From positions 1 through 29,063 of the forward strand of contig JBBQRQ010000063.1 of assembly GCA_038214755.1 (NCBI GenBank): a stretch of DNA of 29,063 nt, written 5' to 3'. Shown here piece by piece: positions 1-8,943 of the stretch. The position numbers and the translations under genes were made by a program. This DNA is from Verrucomicrobiota bacterium. Its GTDB lineage: Bacteria; Verrucomicrobiota; Verrucomicrobiia; Limisphaerales; CANJXF01. Each line of letters opens with the position of its first letter. Position 1 is the first letter of the stretch. The notes beneath the pieces are model-generated. The model was given only the letters and a program-made list of their open reading frames with translations. It had not been told where the DNA came from and did not search any database.

Positions 1-238
1 CGACACAGCGGGCGACGTCTTGGAGCCAATTTAAGATGGGAAGTGGATTGATTTGAGAATGAAGTTCCGTTTTCACTCGAAGAATAACTTCCCGATATTC
101 CGCGAAAATTGCGGAAGAACCCGCCAGAAAAAATCTTCTCATTGCGAGCGCTTGGAAAAACCGCCGCCCCTCCGAGCGCCAGAAGATTCCATTCACCACG
201 ACGTTGGTATCAAGAATGGCCGTTATTTTTCTTTCCAC
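1..238 (-). CDS. PIN-domain toxin (VapC/PIN_3-like), partial; runs off the window start
   Basis: Manual translation from GTG at 238: MERKITAILDTNVVVNGIFWRSEGRRFFQALAMRRFFLAGSSAIFAEYREVILRV... N-terminal ILDTNV motif plus a downstream EY; overlaps the end of the upstream antitoxin; not in the ORF track. Confidence 0.75.
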   Translation of the reverse strand, partial: MERKITAILDTNVVVNGIFWRSEGRRFFQALAMRRFFLAGSSAIFAEYREVILRVKTELHSQINPLPILNWLQDVARCV

Positions 239-491
239 GAACTTCCTTGATGATCCGATTTACCATGTCCTCATCCTTTTTCGTGAATCTCTTTTTTGGT
301 TCTCCGCCAGCGAGTTCGATCGCGCGCTGAAACGCAGCTTCGCTTTCCTCAACGGATTGGAAAGGGATTGCGGAAATAATTTTAGCGACAGGCTTGTTGC
401 CCTTGGTGAGCACGACTTCGTTGCCGGCTTGAACGAGCTTCACCAGTTCAGCCAACCCGGTGAATTGTTTGACTTCAGCGGTTTTGGTCAT
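210..491 (-). CDS. Phd/YefM-like type II antitoxin
   Basis: LAELVKLVQAGNEVVLTKGNKPVAKI matches the Phd/YefM N-terminal pattern; directly upstream of the PIN gene; start chosen at ATG 491. Confidence 0.75.
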   Translation of the reverse strand: MTKTAEVKQFTGLAELVKLVQAGNEVVLTKGNKPVAKIISAIPFQSVEESEAAFQRAIELAGGEPKKRFTKKDEDMVNRIIKEVRGKKNNGHS

Positions 492-685
492 GGGAAAAAG
501 ATAGGCGCGTTGGGCGATTGAGTCGAGCAACGTTTCGGTTCAAACCCACGTGAGCGTTGCGACCGTCGATGGTTACGACTTAATCAATGCCGACAATCCT
601 GCTCTAAAAATACTGCGAAGAAAAAGTGGTCAACGAAGGGAAAAGGCAAAACGGAAACGGCGGAATAATGAAGCTCAGTGCCTTG

Positions 686-1039
686 CTAGCCCTCATCAAT
701 GCCTACATCCTTAGCGACTGCTTTCAATAGAATGGCATATCTGAATGCCTGCCGAGCCAAGAAAGTAAACATCATGAAACTAACTGTAATCGACAATGAC
801 GTGACCAGGACCACCTCTTTGATTAACTGGCTGTCCAACACAGGCTCGATTCTCGTGCCGCGCTTGAAGAGTACCTCCAGATCCGGAATCTTGCTCTTGA
901 AATACGCGACCAAAACAATCTGAACCGCGACACCGACTACCACGATAAGGACTGGAAGTAGGAAAGGCCAATATGCCCAGACTGATTTCGGCGTCTCGCG
1001 AATGGCCGCTTGAATCTGCGTTCTCTGCTCAGCAGTCAT
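686..1039 (-). CDS. Hypothetical membrane protein (2 predicted TM helices)
   Basis: 117-aa ATG-started ORF with two hydrophobic stretches; no recognised motif. Confidence 0.55.
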   Translation of the reverse strand: MTAEQRTQIQAAIRETPKSVWAYWPFLLPVLIVVVGVAVQIVLVAYFKSKIPDLEVLFKRGTRIEPVLDSQLIKEVVLVTSLSITVSFMMFTFLARQAFRYAILLKAVAKDVGIDEG

Positions 1040-1220
1040 ACGGGTTTCAAGGGCTAACTATCAATATGCGACTGATTTTCGGATTCACTGGGGACAACCT
1101 AAATCCTTTCCCGCTTTTCCGCCCAGCCTTTTCCTTTCCCCCAATTCACAAGTGGTTTCGCGCCTGTCGCGAGACATTTTCCTCCTTCCTTGCCCGGATG
1201 TTTCCAGCTATTTCGCTTTC

Positions 1221-1871
1221 GTGCACTGCATAGTCACAGCCGGGCCGACTTTTGAACCGCTCGATGAAGTGCGGCGGCTAACGAATTTTTCAAGTGGCAA
1301 ACTCGGCTCGCAACTGGCGGATTTTCTCGTCGCGCATGGTCATCAGGTCACGTTGCTCTACGGACATTACTCGACGTATCGCGAAAAACAATTCGCGCAA
1401 AAAATTGTGCCGTTCGAGACGACGAATGATTTGTCGGACAAATTAAAATTGCTCGCGCAAGAAAAAGTGGATGCGGTCTTCCACGCGGCGGCGGTGAGCG
1501 ATTTTGGTTTTGGAAAAGTTTTTGCGCGCGACGCGAAAGGCGAGTTGCGCGAGGTGACTTCGGGGAAAATTTCCACGCGCGACGGGACGTTGCTGGCGGA
1601 ACTGGTTCCGACGCCGAAAATTATTTCCAACTTGCGTCAATTTTTTCCGGCGAGCCGCATCATTGGTTGGAAATATGAAGTGGAGGGAGATCGCGAAAGA
1701 GTGATTGCCAAAGCGGAACAGCAAATTCGCGAAAACAAAACCGACGCGTGTGTGGCGAATGGAAAGGCTTACGGATTCGGATTCGGTTTGGTTTCGGCTG
1801 ATGGAGGGCAAAAACACTTTTCGGATACAAGGGATTTGTTTGCGGCGCTGGAACACCTGGCAATAAGGTGA
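1221..1871 (+). CDS. coaB: Phosphopantothenate-cysteine ligase (CoaB / DFP C-terminal domain), standalone
   Basis: IVTAGPTFEPLDEVRRLTNFSSGKLG, HAAAVSDF, KISTR and CVAN motifs; start taken at GTG 1221. Confidence 0.8.
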   Translation: MHCIVTAGPTFEPLDEVRRLTNFSSGKLGSQLADFLVAHGHQVTLLYGHYSTYREKQFAQKIVPFETTNDLSDKLKLLAQEKVDAVFHAAAVSDFGFGKVFARDAKGELREVTSGKISTRDGTLLAELVPTPKIISNLRQFFPASRIIGWKYEVEGDRERVIAKAEQQIRENKTDACVANGKAYGFGFGLVSADGGQKHFSDTRDLFAALEHLAIR

Positions 1872-1898
1872 ATCGGGAAGGTCGGACTGGGAATCCCG

Positions 1899-1987
1899 GA
1901 ACATCCAAACGTTCGACCTCGATCTAAAAACGGAACGTTCCAAACTAAATTCGATGTTTAGCGTTCAGTGTTCGATGTTCTATGTTT
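1899..1987. repeat. Degenerate inverted 7-mer array (AACATCG-like ... CGATGTT-like)
   Basis: gaacatccaaacgttcga...gaacgttc on the left; ttcgatgtttagcgttcagtgttcgatgttctatgtt on the right; between convergent genes. Confidence 0.5.
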
Positions 1988-2002
1988 TCACAATTTAAAA
2001 CC

Positions 2003-3739
2003 TTACATTTCAAACTTCGTCACACGTCGCTGTCCCATCTGAAACGGAACCCATCCGATCAACCACGAGAAGAGCGCGAACCCGCACCAAATCAGGAGTG
2101 AGAACTTGCTCGAGGGCGGACGGTGCCAGCCCCACGGCGAGCCGATGGCGAGCATGGTGATGGAGCCGACGATGTAAACGAAGCTCAACACCAGACAAAA
2201 AGTTCCGCCGAAGCCGCTGACGATTTTGCTGGGATTGTCTTCTTTAAAATTCGGGTAAAGCGCTCCCAAGCCAATGGCCAAACCAGTCAAGGCGAAAGTC
2301 ATCACCGCGATTATACCCGTTAGATAGATTGTTCGTTGCCACGGCAATTTCAGCATGTAACACGAGAGCAACATCAAGCCAACGGTGATGACCAACGAGC
2401 CGAGACTGGCCAGCCAAAATTTTATTCTCACGATTTTTACCAGGCCAAGCGGGGCCATGCCCACGATCCAAAGACGTTTTCCTTCGAGTGAAAATTGCGG
2501 GAAAACAAAACGTGTCGTCAACGTGGCGAGGTTCAAAGAGCAGGCCCCGAGGTTCAAATAGGAAACCAGGTGAATCCAAAATGGGTTGGTTAATTGCTGG
2601 GAAAAATGGCGGAGGTTGATGATATACATGCCGAGCAAACCGAAGAGAACGAGAGTCTGTCCCCATTGCGTGGTGTCGCGCCAGAACATGCGCGCGTCTT
2701 TGACGAGCAGGGCGCGAACGTCGGGAGAAACATCTCCGAACAATTTGAAAAAATTTTCAGCCGCGCCTTCTTCGTAGGCAAAGATCTTTTTCCCTTCCTG
2801 ACGCCTGCGCAGAAATTTCCATTGGCCGAAAATGGTGGCGCGGCTTTGCACCGTGGAAAAAGCTTCGTAAAAAATTCTGCCGCTAAAATTCAACGACAAA
2901 TAACCGAAGAACAAAACGTGGCTCAAAAGAACGAGCATGAAAAAACCCGCAGCGGTTATTACTCCTTCCGACCATTGCAAGACGCTATTAGAGAGCCAAA
3001 AACTAGGGAGCCATTGGTATTGGGAAAATTGAGTGCGCAAGAGCAGGCGGTCCATCAAAGCCAGTGTGTGCGTTTCGACGGAATCATCGGAAAGAGGTTC
3101 CGGTTTGAACCAAAGCGCCACGGAAACAAGGGCGGCGCCGGCGACAAAAAAACTAATCATTTGAAAAGCGCGGCGGTCCAAATAACGAGCGAGGTTGATC
3201 GCAGCCCAGGCTCCGCCCACGCCCGGCAGCACGATGAACAGCGCGATGAGAATCACAGTCACAAAATAAAAATGCCACGGCGCGTGATGGTTGAGGCCGT
3301 AGGCGGCGAGAAGCGGCGCGATCAAAAAAACGAAAGCCCATGACGCGAGCAAAATGGACTCCAGAAATTTCCAGCGGAAAATGGTTTTGGCCGGAACGGG
3401 CAGCGAGATGAGAAAGTTCGTTTCGCGATTTCGGAAAAAGTTGGTGTAACTGATGACCAGATTGCTGAAGAGCAGGAGCAAAAATAAAAATGCGAACATC
3501 AGAAAAAGGAGCCGCTCGATCAACAGCGTTCCGACGGCTGGAAACGCAGTCAAAAATCCCAAGCCGAGGCGAAACAGCCAAAAAGCAATCGCGAGATAAC
3601 CGAAAATAAAAAAGCCGATGAGAGAGGAAAGCAGGCGCGATTGCCCGCGGATGGATTTTAATTTGCGCCACGATTGCAGCAAGTTGACGCGGAGCAGCAG
3701 CATTAGTGGCGCTGGGATTTTTTCGGTCGCGGCGGGCAC
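2003..3739 (-). CDS. Polytopic membrane protein, putative ABC-2-type exporter permease
   Basis: 578 aa with about 12 hydrophobic segments in two similar halves; LISLPV..IFRWKF and SLEGKRLWIVGMAPL..IVRIKF patterns. Confidence 0.7.
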   Translation of the reverse strand: MPAATEKIPAPLMLLLRVNLLQSWRKLKSIRGQSRLLSSLIGFFIFGYLAIAFWLFRLGLGFLTAFPAVGTLLIERLLFLMFAFLFLLLLFSNLVISYTNFFRNRETNFLISLPVPAKTIFRWKFLESILLASWAFVFLIAPLLAAYGLNHHAPWHFYFVTVILIALFIVLPGVGGAWAAINLARYLDRRAFQMISFFVAGAALVSVALWFKPEPLSDDSVETHTLALMDRLLLRTQFSQYQWLPSFWLSNSVLQWSEGVITAAGFFMLVLLSHVLFFGYLSLNFSGRIFYEAFSTVQSRATIFGQWKFLRRRQEGKKIFAYEEGAAENFFKLFGDVSPDVRALLVKDARMFWRDTTQWGQTLVLFGLLGMYIINLRHFSQQLTNPFWIHLVSYLNLGACSLNLATLTTRFVFPQFSLEGKRLWIVGMAPLGLVKIVRIKFWLASLGSLVITVGLMLLSCYMLKLPWQRTIYLTGIIAVMTFALTGLAIGLGALYPNFKEDNPSKIVSGFGGTFCLVLSFVYIVGSITMLAIGSPWGWHRPPSSKFSLLIWCGFALFSWLIGWVPFQMGQRRVTKFEM

Positions 3740-3784
3740 GGGGAGAGTCTTAAGCAGGACGGGACGTTCGCAAGGGGAAAAGTT

Positions 3785-3935
3785 GTAGGGCAGGCTTTCG
3801 AGCCTGCCGGTTCCCGAAACTTTCCAGTTTCGAGAAAACGGCTTTCCAGTTTCGGGAAAGCGGCGCGGGATGGTTCACACGGTGGCGAGGGACTGGAAAG
3901 TCCCCCGAACCGGCAGGCTCGAAAGCCTGCCCTAC
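3785..3935. repeat. REPIN-like element, GTAGGGCAGGC family
   Basis: gtagggcaggctttcgagcctgccggttc ... gaaccggcaggctcgaaagcctgccctac (perfect 29-bp terminal IR) with inner hairpins carrying TTTCCA/TGGAAA loops. Confidence 0.9.
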
Positions 3936-3984
3936 GCGCCGCTACAAGGAATCAGGACTTGAGTCAATTCGCAGGCGTCGCAAA

Positions 3985-4956
3985 ATGAAATCAATGTCAC
4001 CTCACATCCTGGTCACGGGCGGCGCGGGGTTTATCGGATCGCATTTGGTGGAACGCCTTTTGAGCGACGGAAAAAGCGTGGTGGTGATCGACGATTGTTC
4101 AACGGGCACTCTGGAAAATCTGCAAGGCGTTCGAGACAATCCTCGGCTGCAAATTTTTCAGAGCAAAGTTTCTCAATGCGCGGAGTTGCCGTCGTTGTCG
4201 CGAAATGCCGAATCCATTTATCATCTCGCCGCGGCGGTCGGAGTGGAACTGGTTTTGCAATCCAACGTCGCAACGATCAAAACCAATTTGCGGGAGACGG
4301 AAACGATTCTGGAAATGGCGGGCGAATTGGGCGTGCCATTTTTGCTGGCATCGACTTCGGAAGTTTATGGAAAAAGCGCCAGGTCGGCTTTTTCCGAAGA
4401 GGATGATTTGTTGATTGGCCCGCCGCACTTGAGCCGATGGAGTTATGCCTGCTCAAAGTTGATGGACGAATTTCTGGCGCTGGCTTACGCGAAGGAAAAA
4501 AAATTGCCCGTCGTCATCGCCCGCCTTTTCAACACGGTTGGCCCGCGACAAACCGGGAGATACGGAATGGTGTTGCCTCGTTTTATTTCGGCGGCGAAAC
4601 GCGGGGAGCCGCTCAGAGTTTTTGGCGATGGGAAACAGACGCGCTGTTTTTGTTACGTGCAGGACACCGTCGAGGCGCTCGTGCGGTTGCAGAATTGCCC
4701 CGAGGCGCGCGGAGAAGTTTTCAATGTCGGAGGTTCGGAAGAAATCAGCATCGGCGCGCTGGCAAAATTGGTGGTGGAAATATTGGGTTCGCCTTCACCG
4801 ATCGAATTTGTGGAGTATGATCGCGCCTACCCTCCCGGTTTTGAAGACATGCTGCGGCGCAAACCGATTCTCGATAAATTAAAGCAGCGAACTGGATTCT
4901 CTCCGGCCACGTCGCTGCGAAAAATTATTGAGTTGACGGCGACTAGCGCAAAATAA
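3985..4956 (+). CDS. NAD-dependent nucleotide-sugar epimerase/dehydratase (extended SDR)
   Basis: TGGAGFIG Rossmann motif, STSEVYG, YACSK catalytic motif, RLFNTVGPRQ. True start may be ATG 3994. Confidence 0.9.
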   Translation: MKSMSPHILVTGGAGFIGSHLVERLLSDGKSVVVIDDCSTGTLENLQGVRDNPRLQIFQSKVSQCAELPSLSRNAESIYHLAAAVGVELVLQSNVATIKTNLRETETILEMAGELGVPFLLASTSEVYGKSARSAFSEEDDLLIGPPHLSRWSYACSKLMDEFLALAYAKEKKLPVVIARLFNTVGPRQTGRYGMVLPRFISAAKRGEPLRVFGDGKQTRCFCYVQDTVEALVRLQNCPEARGEVFNVGGSEEISIGALAKLVVEILGSPSPIEFVEYDRAYPPGFEDMLRRKPILDKLKQRTGFSPATSLRKIIELTATSAK

Positions 4957-4980
4957 AAAAGGCACCCTCACGGGTGCCTT
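4955..4980 (-). terminator. Rho-independent terminator of the prepilin-like gene
   Basis: On the minus strand, aaggcacccgtgagggtgcc hairpin followed by tttttt, about 20 nt after the stop at 5001. Confidence 0.75.
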
Positions 4981-5000
4981 CTGAAAGAGATCGAAATAAC

Positions 5001-5747
5001 TTAGGGAAAAAGCAGGCGGATGCCCGTTCCAGTTACTTGCCCCGCATCCACGTTCTTGACTATTTCGCTGCGGAAACGCGCGGAACTGACTTGTTGAACG
5101 CTTCCGTCACCCAAGGCGACGTTACCCTGTTTGAGATGCATTTTATCGGTGAACTGGGTCACTGCTCCTGCCCCGGTGGTTACGTTGGTCGCGAGATTGA
5201 TGTCGGCGCCAGTGGTACTTGTAGGACTGACGCCATAATCGGTAGGTGTTGCCACAGTTCCGATGTTACGATCTCCACTGAGGAGTGACTGCGGAAGATT
5301 TTCGTTCGCGGCGTAACCGATAAAGTACGAGGTTTGTAAGTTATTCGTGTATCCATACCCTGTCGTGGTATTCGTAACGAGATTTAACCCCGGCGTGCGG
5401 TCGTCGCTCGGACACACAATCACTTTCGGCGTTCCTAATTCATTCGGCATACAACCTGTCACGTGCCAGGTGTTAGCACCGGAATTCGGGGGACTCACAT
5501 ATTCCGAAGCGCCGCCTTCAGCATTTGCCACCTGCATCGGATAGCGATCCCCGTTATCCCCGGCCCAAATACGGAAGGACAACCCGACCTGTTTGAGATT
5601 ATTGACGCAAGTGATGCGTTGGGCTTTTTGTTTGGCTTTGGCGAGCGCGGGCAGGAGCAGCCCGGCGAGAATTGCGATGATGGCGATCACGACTAACAAC
5701 TCAATGAGCGTGAAAGCCAGGAGTTTTTTTGAACGAATTTTTTTCAT
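5001..5747 (-). CDS. Prepilin-type N-terminal cleavage/methylation protein with C-terminal H-X9-DG motif
   Basis: [35 protein letters not shown] and [12 protein letters not shown] (H-X9-DG). Confidence 0.92.
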   Translation of the reverse strand: MKKIRSKKLLAFTLIELLVVIAIIAILAGLLLPALAKAKQKAQRITCVNNLKQVGLSFRIWAGDNGDRYPMQVANAEGGASEYVSPPNSGANTWHVTGCMPNELGTPKVIVCPSDDRTPGLNLVTNTTTGYGYTNNLQTSYFIGYAANENLPQSLLSGDRNIGTVATPTDYGVSPTSTTGADINLATNVTTGAGAVTQFTDKMHLKQGNVALGDGSVQQVSSARFRSEIVKNVDAGQVTGTGIRLLFP

Positions 5748-5839
5748 AAGACTTAATTGTTTAATTTTTTTTGGCGCAATGAAGTGCGAACATTATTCCA
5801 AGATTTTTTGGTGTCAACTCTCCATTTAAGAAAATGTTT

Positions 5840-5856
5840 AGCAGGGTCAATGCCAA
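5840..5856 (-). promoter_or_regulatory. Candidate sigma54 (-24/-12) promoter
   Basis: Minus strand TTGGCATTGACCCTGCT has GG-N10-GC spacing, about 90 nt upstream of the pilin-like gene. Confidence 0.5.
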
Positions 5857-6026
5857 AGGTATTTTCCCAATGAAACCGTGCTTCGTGGGGGCGTCAGGCG
5901 CTCTTCGCGTGATTATTTTCACGCATTTTGCGTGAGGCTCGCGCACTTCCTGGGAACAGGAGGGAATCGAGAAAGCAAAGAGTGCTGCCAGTCAATCCCG
6001 TTGGGATTCGCAAAGAAGTTTTAGCC

Positions 6027-6053
6027 AAAGCGTCGTCATGCCGCCGCAGTCCA
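6027..6053. repeat. Solo arm of the TGGA(C/G)TGCG family repeat
   Basis: aaagcgtcgtcatgccgccgcagtcca closely matches the arm at about 14477-14502 (aaagcggcgtcctgccgccgcagtcca). Confidence 0.7.
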
Positions 6054-6163
6054 TGGAACGTCGCAACCAACCGTGTTGATCTGTGTCCAACGGTGGTTTC
6101 TCTACTGAATACTTCCGGCTCCGTTCTCTCCATTTCCTCACGTAGAAAATTGCAGCGAAAGGC

Positions 6164-6922
6164 TTAAATATTTTGCGCGAACGAAACCATCCCGCGATAT
6201 TCCTTCAGAATAGTTTTCAGCGCGGCGTTCAGAGCCGCCACTTGCAAATCCATCGGGGCGAGTTGCGGCGTTTCCAAAATAATTTCGAAAGGCAACGGTT
6301 CCACTTCGACCGGCGCCGCCAAAACGCCCTCGTAAACTTCGTAAACCATTCCGTCCCGCGCCGCGAATCCATCGATCAACGCATTGTTGTTTCTGGGCAG
6401 AATTCTTCCCGCTTCATGCAAGGCTGGCCGGAGCAGATTCGCCGTCAGCGTCGCGCCCCGCACGAAACCGTAAATCCCCTCGCTCGTGTCGTCGGCGTGC
6501 AACTGGATCAGCCCCCGAAAATGTTGCGTGCGCAATTCGTTTTCCAAAATTTGCACTTCGGGCGACGGCGAGAGTTTCCAGAATTCGCGATTCAAATCGC
6601 GCCCCTCGCGAGAGCAACGTGTGTTGTCCTCGAAGCCGGTCGGATTGCAAACCGGGTAGCCGTGGATTTCGAAATTTTCCCCCAGTTCAGGTTGTGCCAT
6701 CAGGTCGGTCAGCAAGCGGGAGATCGCGTGCGCGCCCGCCGGTTCATCCCCGTGGATCGCGCCAAAAATCCCGATGCGAATCGGCTCATCGGCTTTCCGA
6801 TCGCGAAAGGTGAATCGCGGCAGAAAATATTTCCGGCCATTCACCTCGAAGGGTCCGAGAAGTTTTGACTGCAAACCGCGGATGGCCTGGAGAGGCGCGA
6901 TCAATTCATCGAGCGAGCGCAT
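6164..6922 (-). CDS. M14 family zinc carboxypeptidase / succinylglutamate desuccinylase-aspartoacylase-like
   Basis: IHGDE, NPTGF, DLNREF, LH zinc ligand and terminal LETP glutamate. Confidence 0.85.
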   Translation of the reverse strand: MRSLDELIAPLQAIRGLQSKLLGPFEVNGRKYFLPRFTFRDRKADEPIRIGIFGAIHGDEPAGAHAISRLLTDLMAQPELGENFEIHGYPVCNPTGFEDNTRCSREGRDLNREFWKLSPSPEVQILENELRTQHFRGLIQLHADDTSEGIYGFVRGATLTANLLRPALHEAGRILPRNNNALIDGFAARDGMVYEVYEGVLAAPVEVEPLPFEIILETPQLAPMDLQVAALNAALKTILKEYRGMVSFAQNI

Positions 6923-7105
6923 GGCGGTTTTGTTTCAAATCCTCTGGGGCGTCGAGTTTTCTTTGATGAGTGAAGCACTCCAGTTTTTCAAATCAAATTC
7001 ATTTCTGCCGTTTCCATTCCCGAGGGACGTGCTTGTCTTCCCGCCAATTGGCGAAATTTTTCCTGAAAAAATCTCCCGGAACCGACCGAAAAAATTTAGG
7101 ACAAC

Positions 7106-7129
7106 CTTTTGTTGCATATGCAACAAAAG
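7106..7129. promoter_or_regulatory. Perfect 24-bp palindrome, candidate transcription-factor operator
   Basis: cttttgttgcat|atgcaacaaaag with no spacer, in the divergent intergenic region. Confidence 0.55.
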
Positions 7130-7222
7130 CTCGTGCGAGTCGATGGATGTCAGAGAGAAAAATTATTTCATTTCCAGGCGAGAGGGGCGACAGTCTCCGC
7201 TCGATAACTCTCCGCACCATTT

Positions 7223-8335
7223 ATGAAAAATATTTTTTCCTTCTGTCTCTCAGCGGTTTTCGTCTTTTGTGGCATTCCAGAAAAAGGGTCTGCCGAGACC
7301 AAGCCCGTTGCCAAAAACGACGCCACCAACAGCGCGGCCGGCGACGTCGCCTGGAAAGAACTGCAAAAAGCGCTGCGACCCCCTGTCCCGCCGGCGGAGT
7401 GGCGGGACAAAAAACCCGCGGAAGAAGAGATCGAAAAGTTCCGGGAGAGTCAGCGCAGCCTGGCTGGCGCGGCCGCAGAGAAGGCGGCGGATTTCTACAC
7501 GCGCTTCCCGCACCATGCCAAAGCAGGCGAGGCGCGAGACAAGGAGAGGCAGATGCTCGACGTTGCGGCCCAACTGGGCGACGCCGCCAAGGCCGCACGC
7601 CTCGACGCGCTGAACGAGGAGCGGGTGAACGATCCCAGCTTGAGTGAGGACGAGCGCTTCGAACTTCGCGTGAAAGCGGTGCAGCGCGCCGCGATGAAAA
7701 AGCAAGCCCAAGGCACCGGCGCGGTGATGGCAGAGTTGGAAAAAGGCGCTCGTTCGTTGCAAAAGGATTTTCCGAAACGCGAAGCGGTCTATGAGTTGTT
7801 GATGATGGCCGCTTCGAACAGCGAGGAGAAAAAAGCTCGCGCCATCGCCGAGGAAATTATTCAGAGTCCCGCGTCGGCCGAGACAAAAGCAGCCGCCAAA
7901 GGACTCTTAAAAAAAATGGATGCGGTGGGCAAACCATTGCCCATCGAGTTCGTGGCGTTGGACGGACGCAAAGTGAATCTTGCTCTCATGCCGGGCAAAG
8001 TTGTTTTGGTCGATTTCTGGGCGACGTGGTGCGGGCCTTGCGTGGCCGAACTGCCCAACGTGACAGCGGCTTATGAGAGATGGCATTCCAAAGGATTCGA
8101 AATCGTCGGCATCAGTTTCGATCAGGACAAGGAGGCGTTGGAAAGTTTCGTCGCCGATAAAAAAATGTCGTGGCCGCAATATTTTGACGGCAAGGGTTGG
8201 AATAATAAATTCGGCCAGGAATTTGGGATCAGCAGCATCCCGACGATGTGGCTCGTCGATAAAAAAGGAATTTTGCGCGACGTCAATGGACGCACCGACC
8301 TCGAGAAAAAAGTGGAGAAACTTTTGGCGGATTAA
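7223..8335 (+). CDS. Exported TlpA/ResA-family thioredoxin-like protein with helical N-terminal domain
   Basis: Signal-peptide-like N terminus; GKVVLVDFWATWCGPC; cis-Pro motif ISSIPT. Confidence 0.9.
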   Translation: MKNIFSFCLSAVFVFCGIPEKGSAETKPVAKNDATNSAAGDVAWKELQKALRPPVPPAEWRDKKPAEEEIEKFRESQRSLAGAAAEKAADFYTRFPHHAKAGEARDKERQMLDVAAQLGDAAKAARLDALNEERVNDPSLSEDERFELRVKAVQRAAMKKQAQGTGAVMAELEKGARSLQKDFPKREAVYELLMMAASNSEEKKARAIAEEIIQSPASAETKAAAKGLLKKMDAVGKPLPIEFVALDGRKVNLALMPGKVVLVDFWATWCGPCVAELPNVTAAYERWHSKGFEIVGISFDQDKEALESFVADKKMSWPQYFDGKGWNNKFGQEFGISSIPTMWLVDKKGILRDVNGRTDLEKKVEKLLAD

Positions 8336-8358
8336 AACCTGAATTTTGTATTCCAGTC

Positions 8359-8467
8359 ATAGCGCAGGTTTTGAACCTGCCGTATCGCGGGTTTGCAACC
8401 CGCTGGACATCGCGAGCGCAGAGCCGGTTGCAAACCGGCGATACGGCAGCTTGCAAAGCTGAGCTAC
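8359..8467. repeat. REPIN-like element, (G/A)TAGCGCAG family
   Basis: atagcgcaggttttgaacctgccgtatcgcgggtttgcaacccgc ... gccggttgcaaaccggcgatacggcagcttgcaaagctgagctac; four hairpins; related to 9742-9832 and 27220-27331. Confidence 0.85.
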
Positions 8468-8529
8468 GTCCAATTTCCAAATCCGACTTCCTGCTTTCCG
8501 TGGATTGATTCCTGGAATATTTTTCGCTT

Positions 8530-8943
8530 ATGGATTGGGTTGAGAATTTAATTTGGCACGGCGGAAAATTTTTAGGGATTGAATGGAGTTTTTGGAAAGT
8601 GATTGGCTGGACCGGCAACGTGGTTTTCTTTTCCCGTTTTTTTGTCCAGTGGTACGCGACCGAAAAACAGAAAAAAGTCGTGGTTCCATCGAGTTTCTGG
8701 TGGTTGAGTTTGTGCGGCTCGCTCATTCTGCTGGCCTATGGGATTCGTCAGCGCGATTCGGTTTTCATTTTTGCCTATGCCTTCACCTGGATTCCCTACA
8801 TTCGCAATTTGATCATCGCGCATCGCCACGCCAAAGCGCATCAAACCTGTGTGGACTGCGGTAGTGAAGCTCCGCCGGCGGCAGTGTTCTGTGCGGAATG
8901 CGGGATGAAGTTGAAGGGAGAACCCCACCGGGCGCGGGGCTGA
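8530..8943 (+). CDS. Lipid-A-disaccharide synthase N-terminal (LAB_N) domain protein with C-terminal zinc ribbon
   Basis: IGWTGNVVFFSRFFVQWYATEKQKKVVVPSSFWWLSLCGS..LLAY..QRDSVFI; C-terminal CVDC-x10-CAEC. Confidence 0.8.
   Translation: MDWVENLIWHGGKFLGIEWSFWKVIGWTGNVVFFSRFFVQWYATEKQKKVVVPSSFWWLSLCGSLILLAYGIRQRDSVFIFAYAFTWIPYIRNLIIAHRHAKAHQTCVDCGSEAPPAAVFCAECGMKLKGEPHRARG

Noticed and set aside
5894..6167. 79-aa ORFs on both strands
   Set aside because: No recognisable motif; they cross a repeat arm and the candidate promoter region. A small gene cannot be fully excluded.
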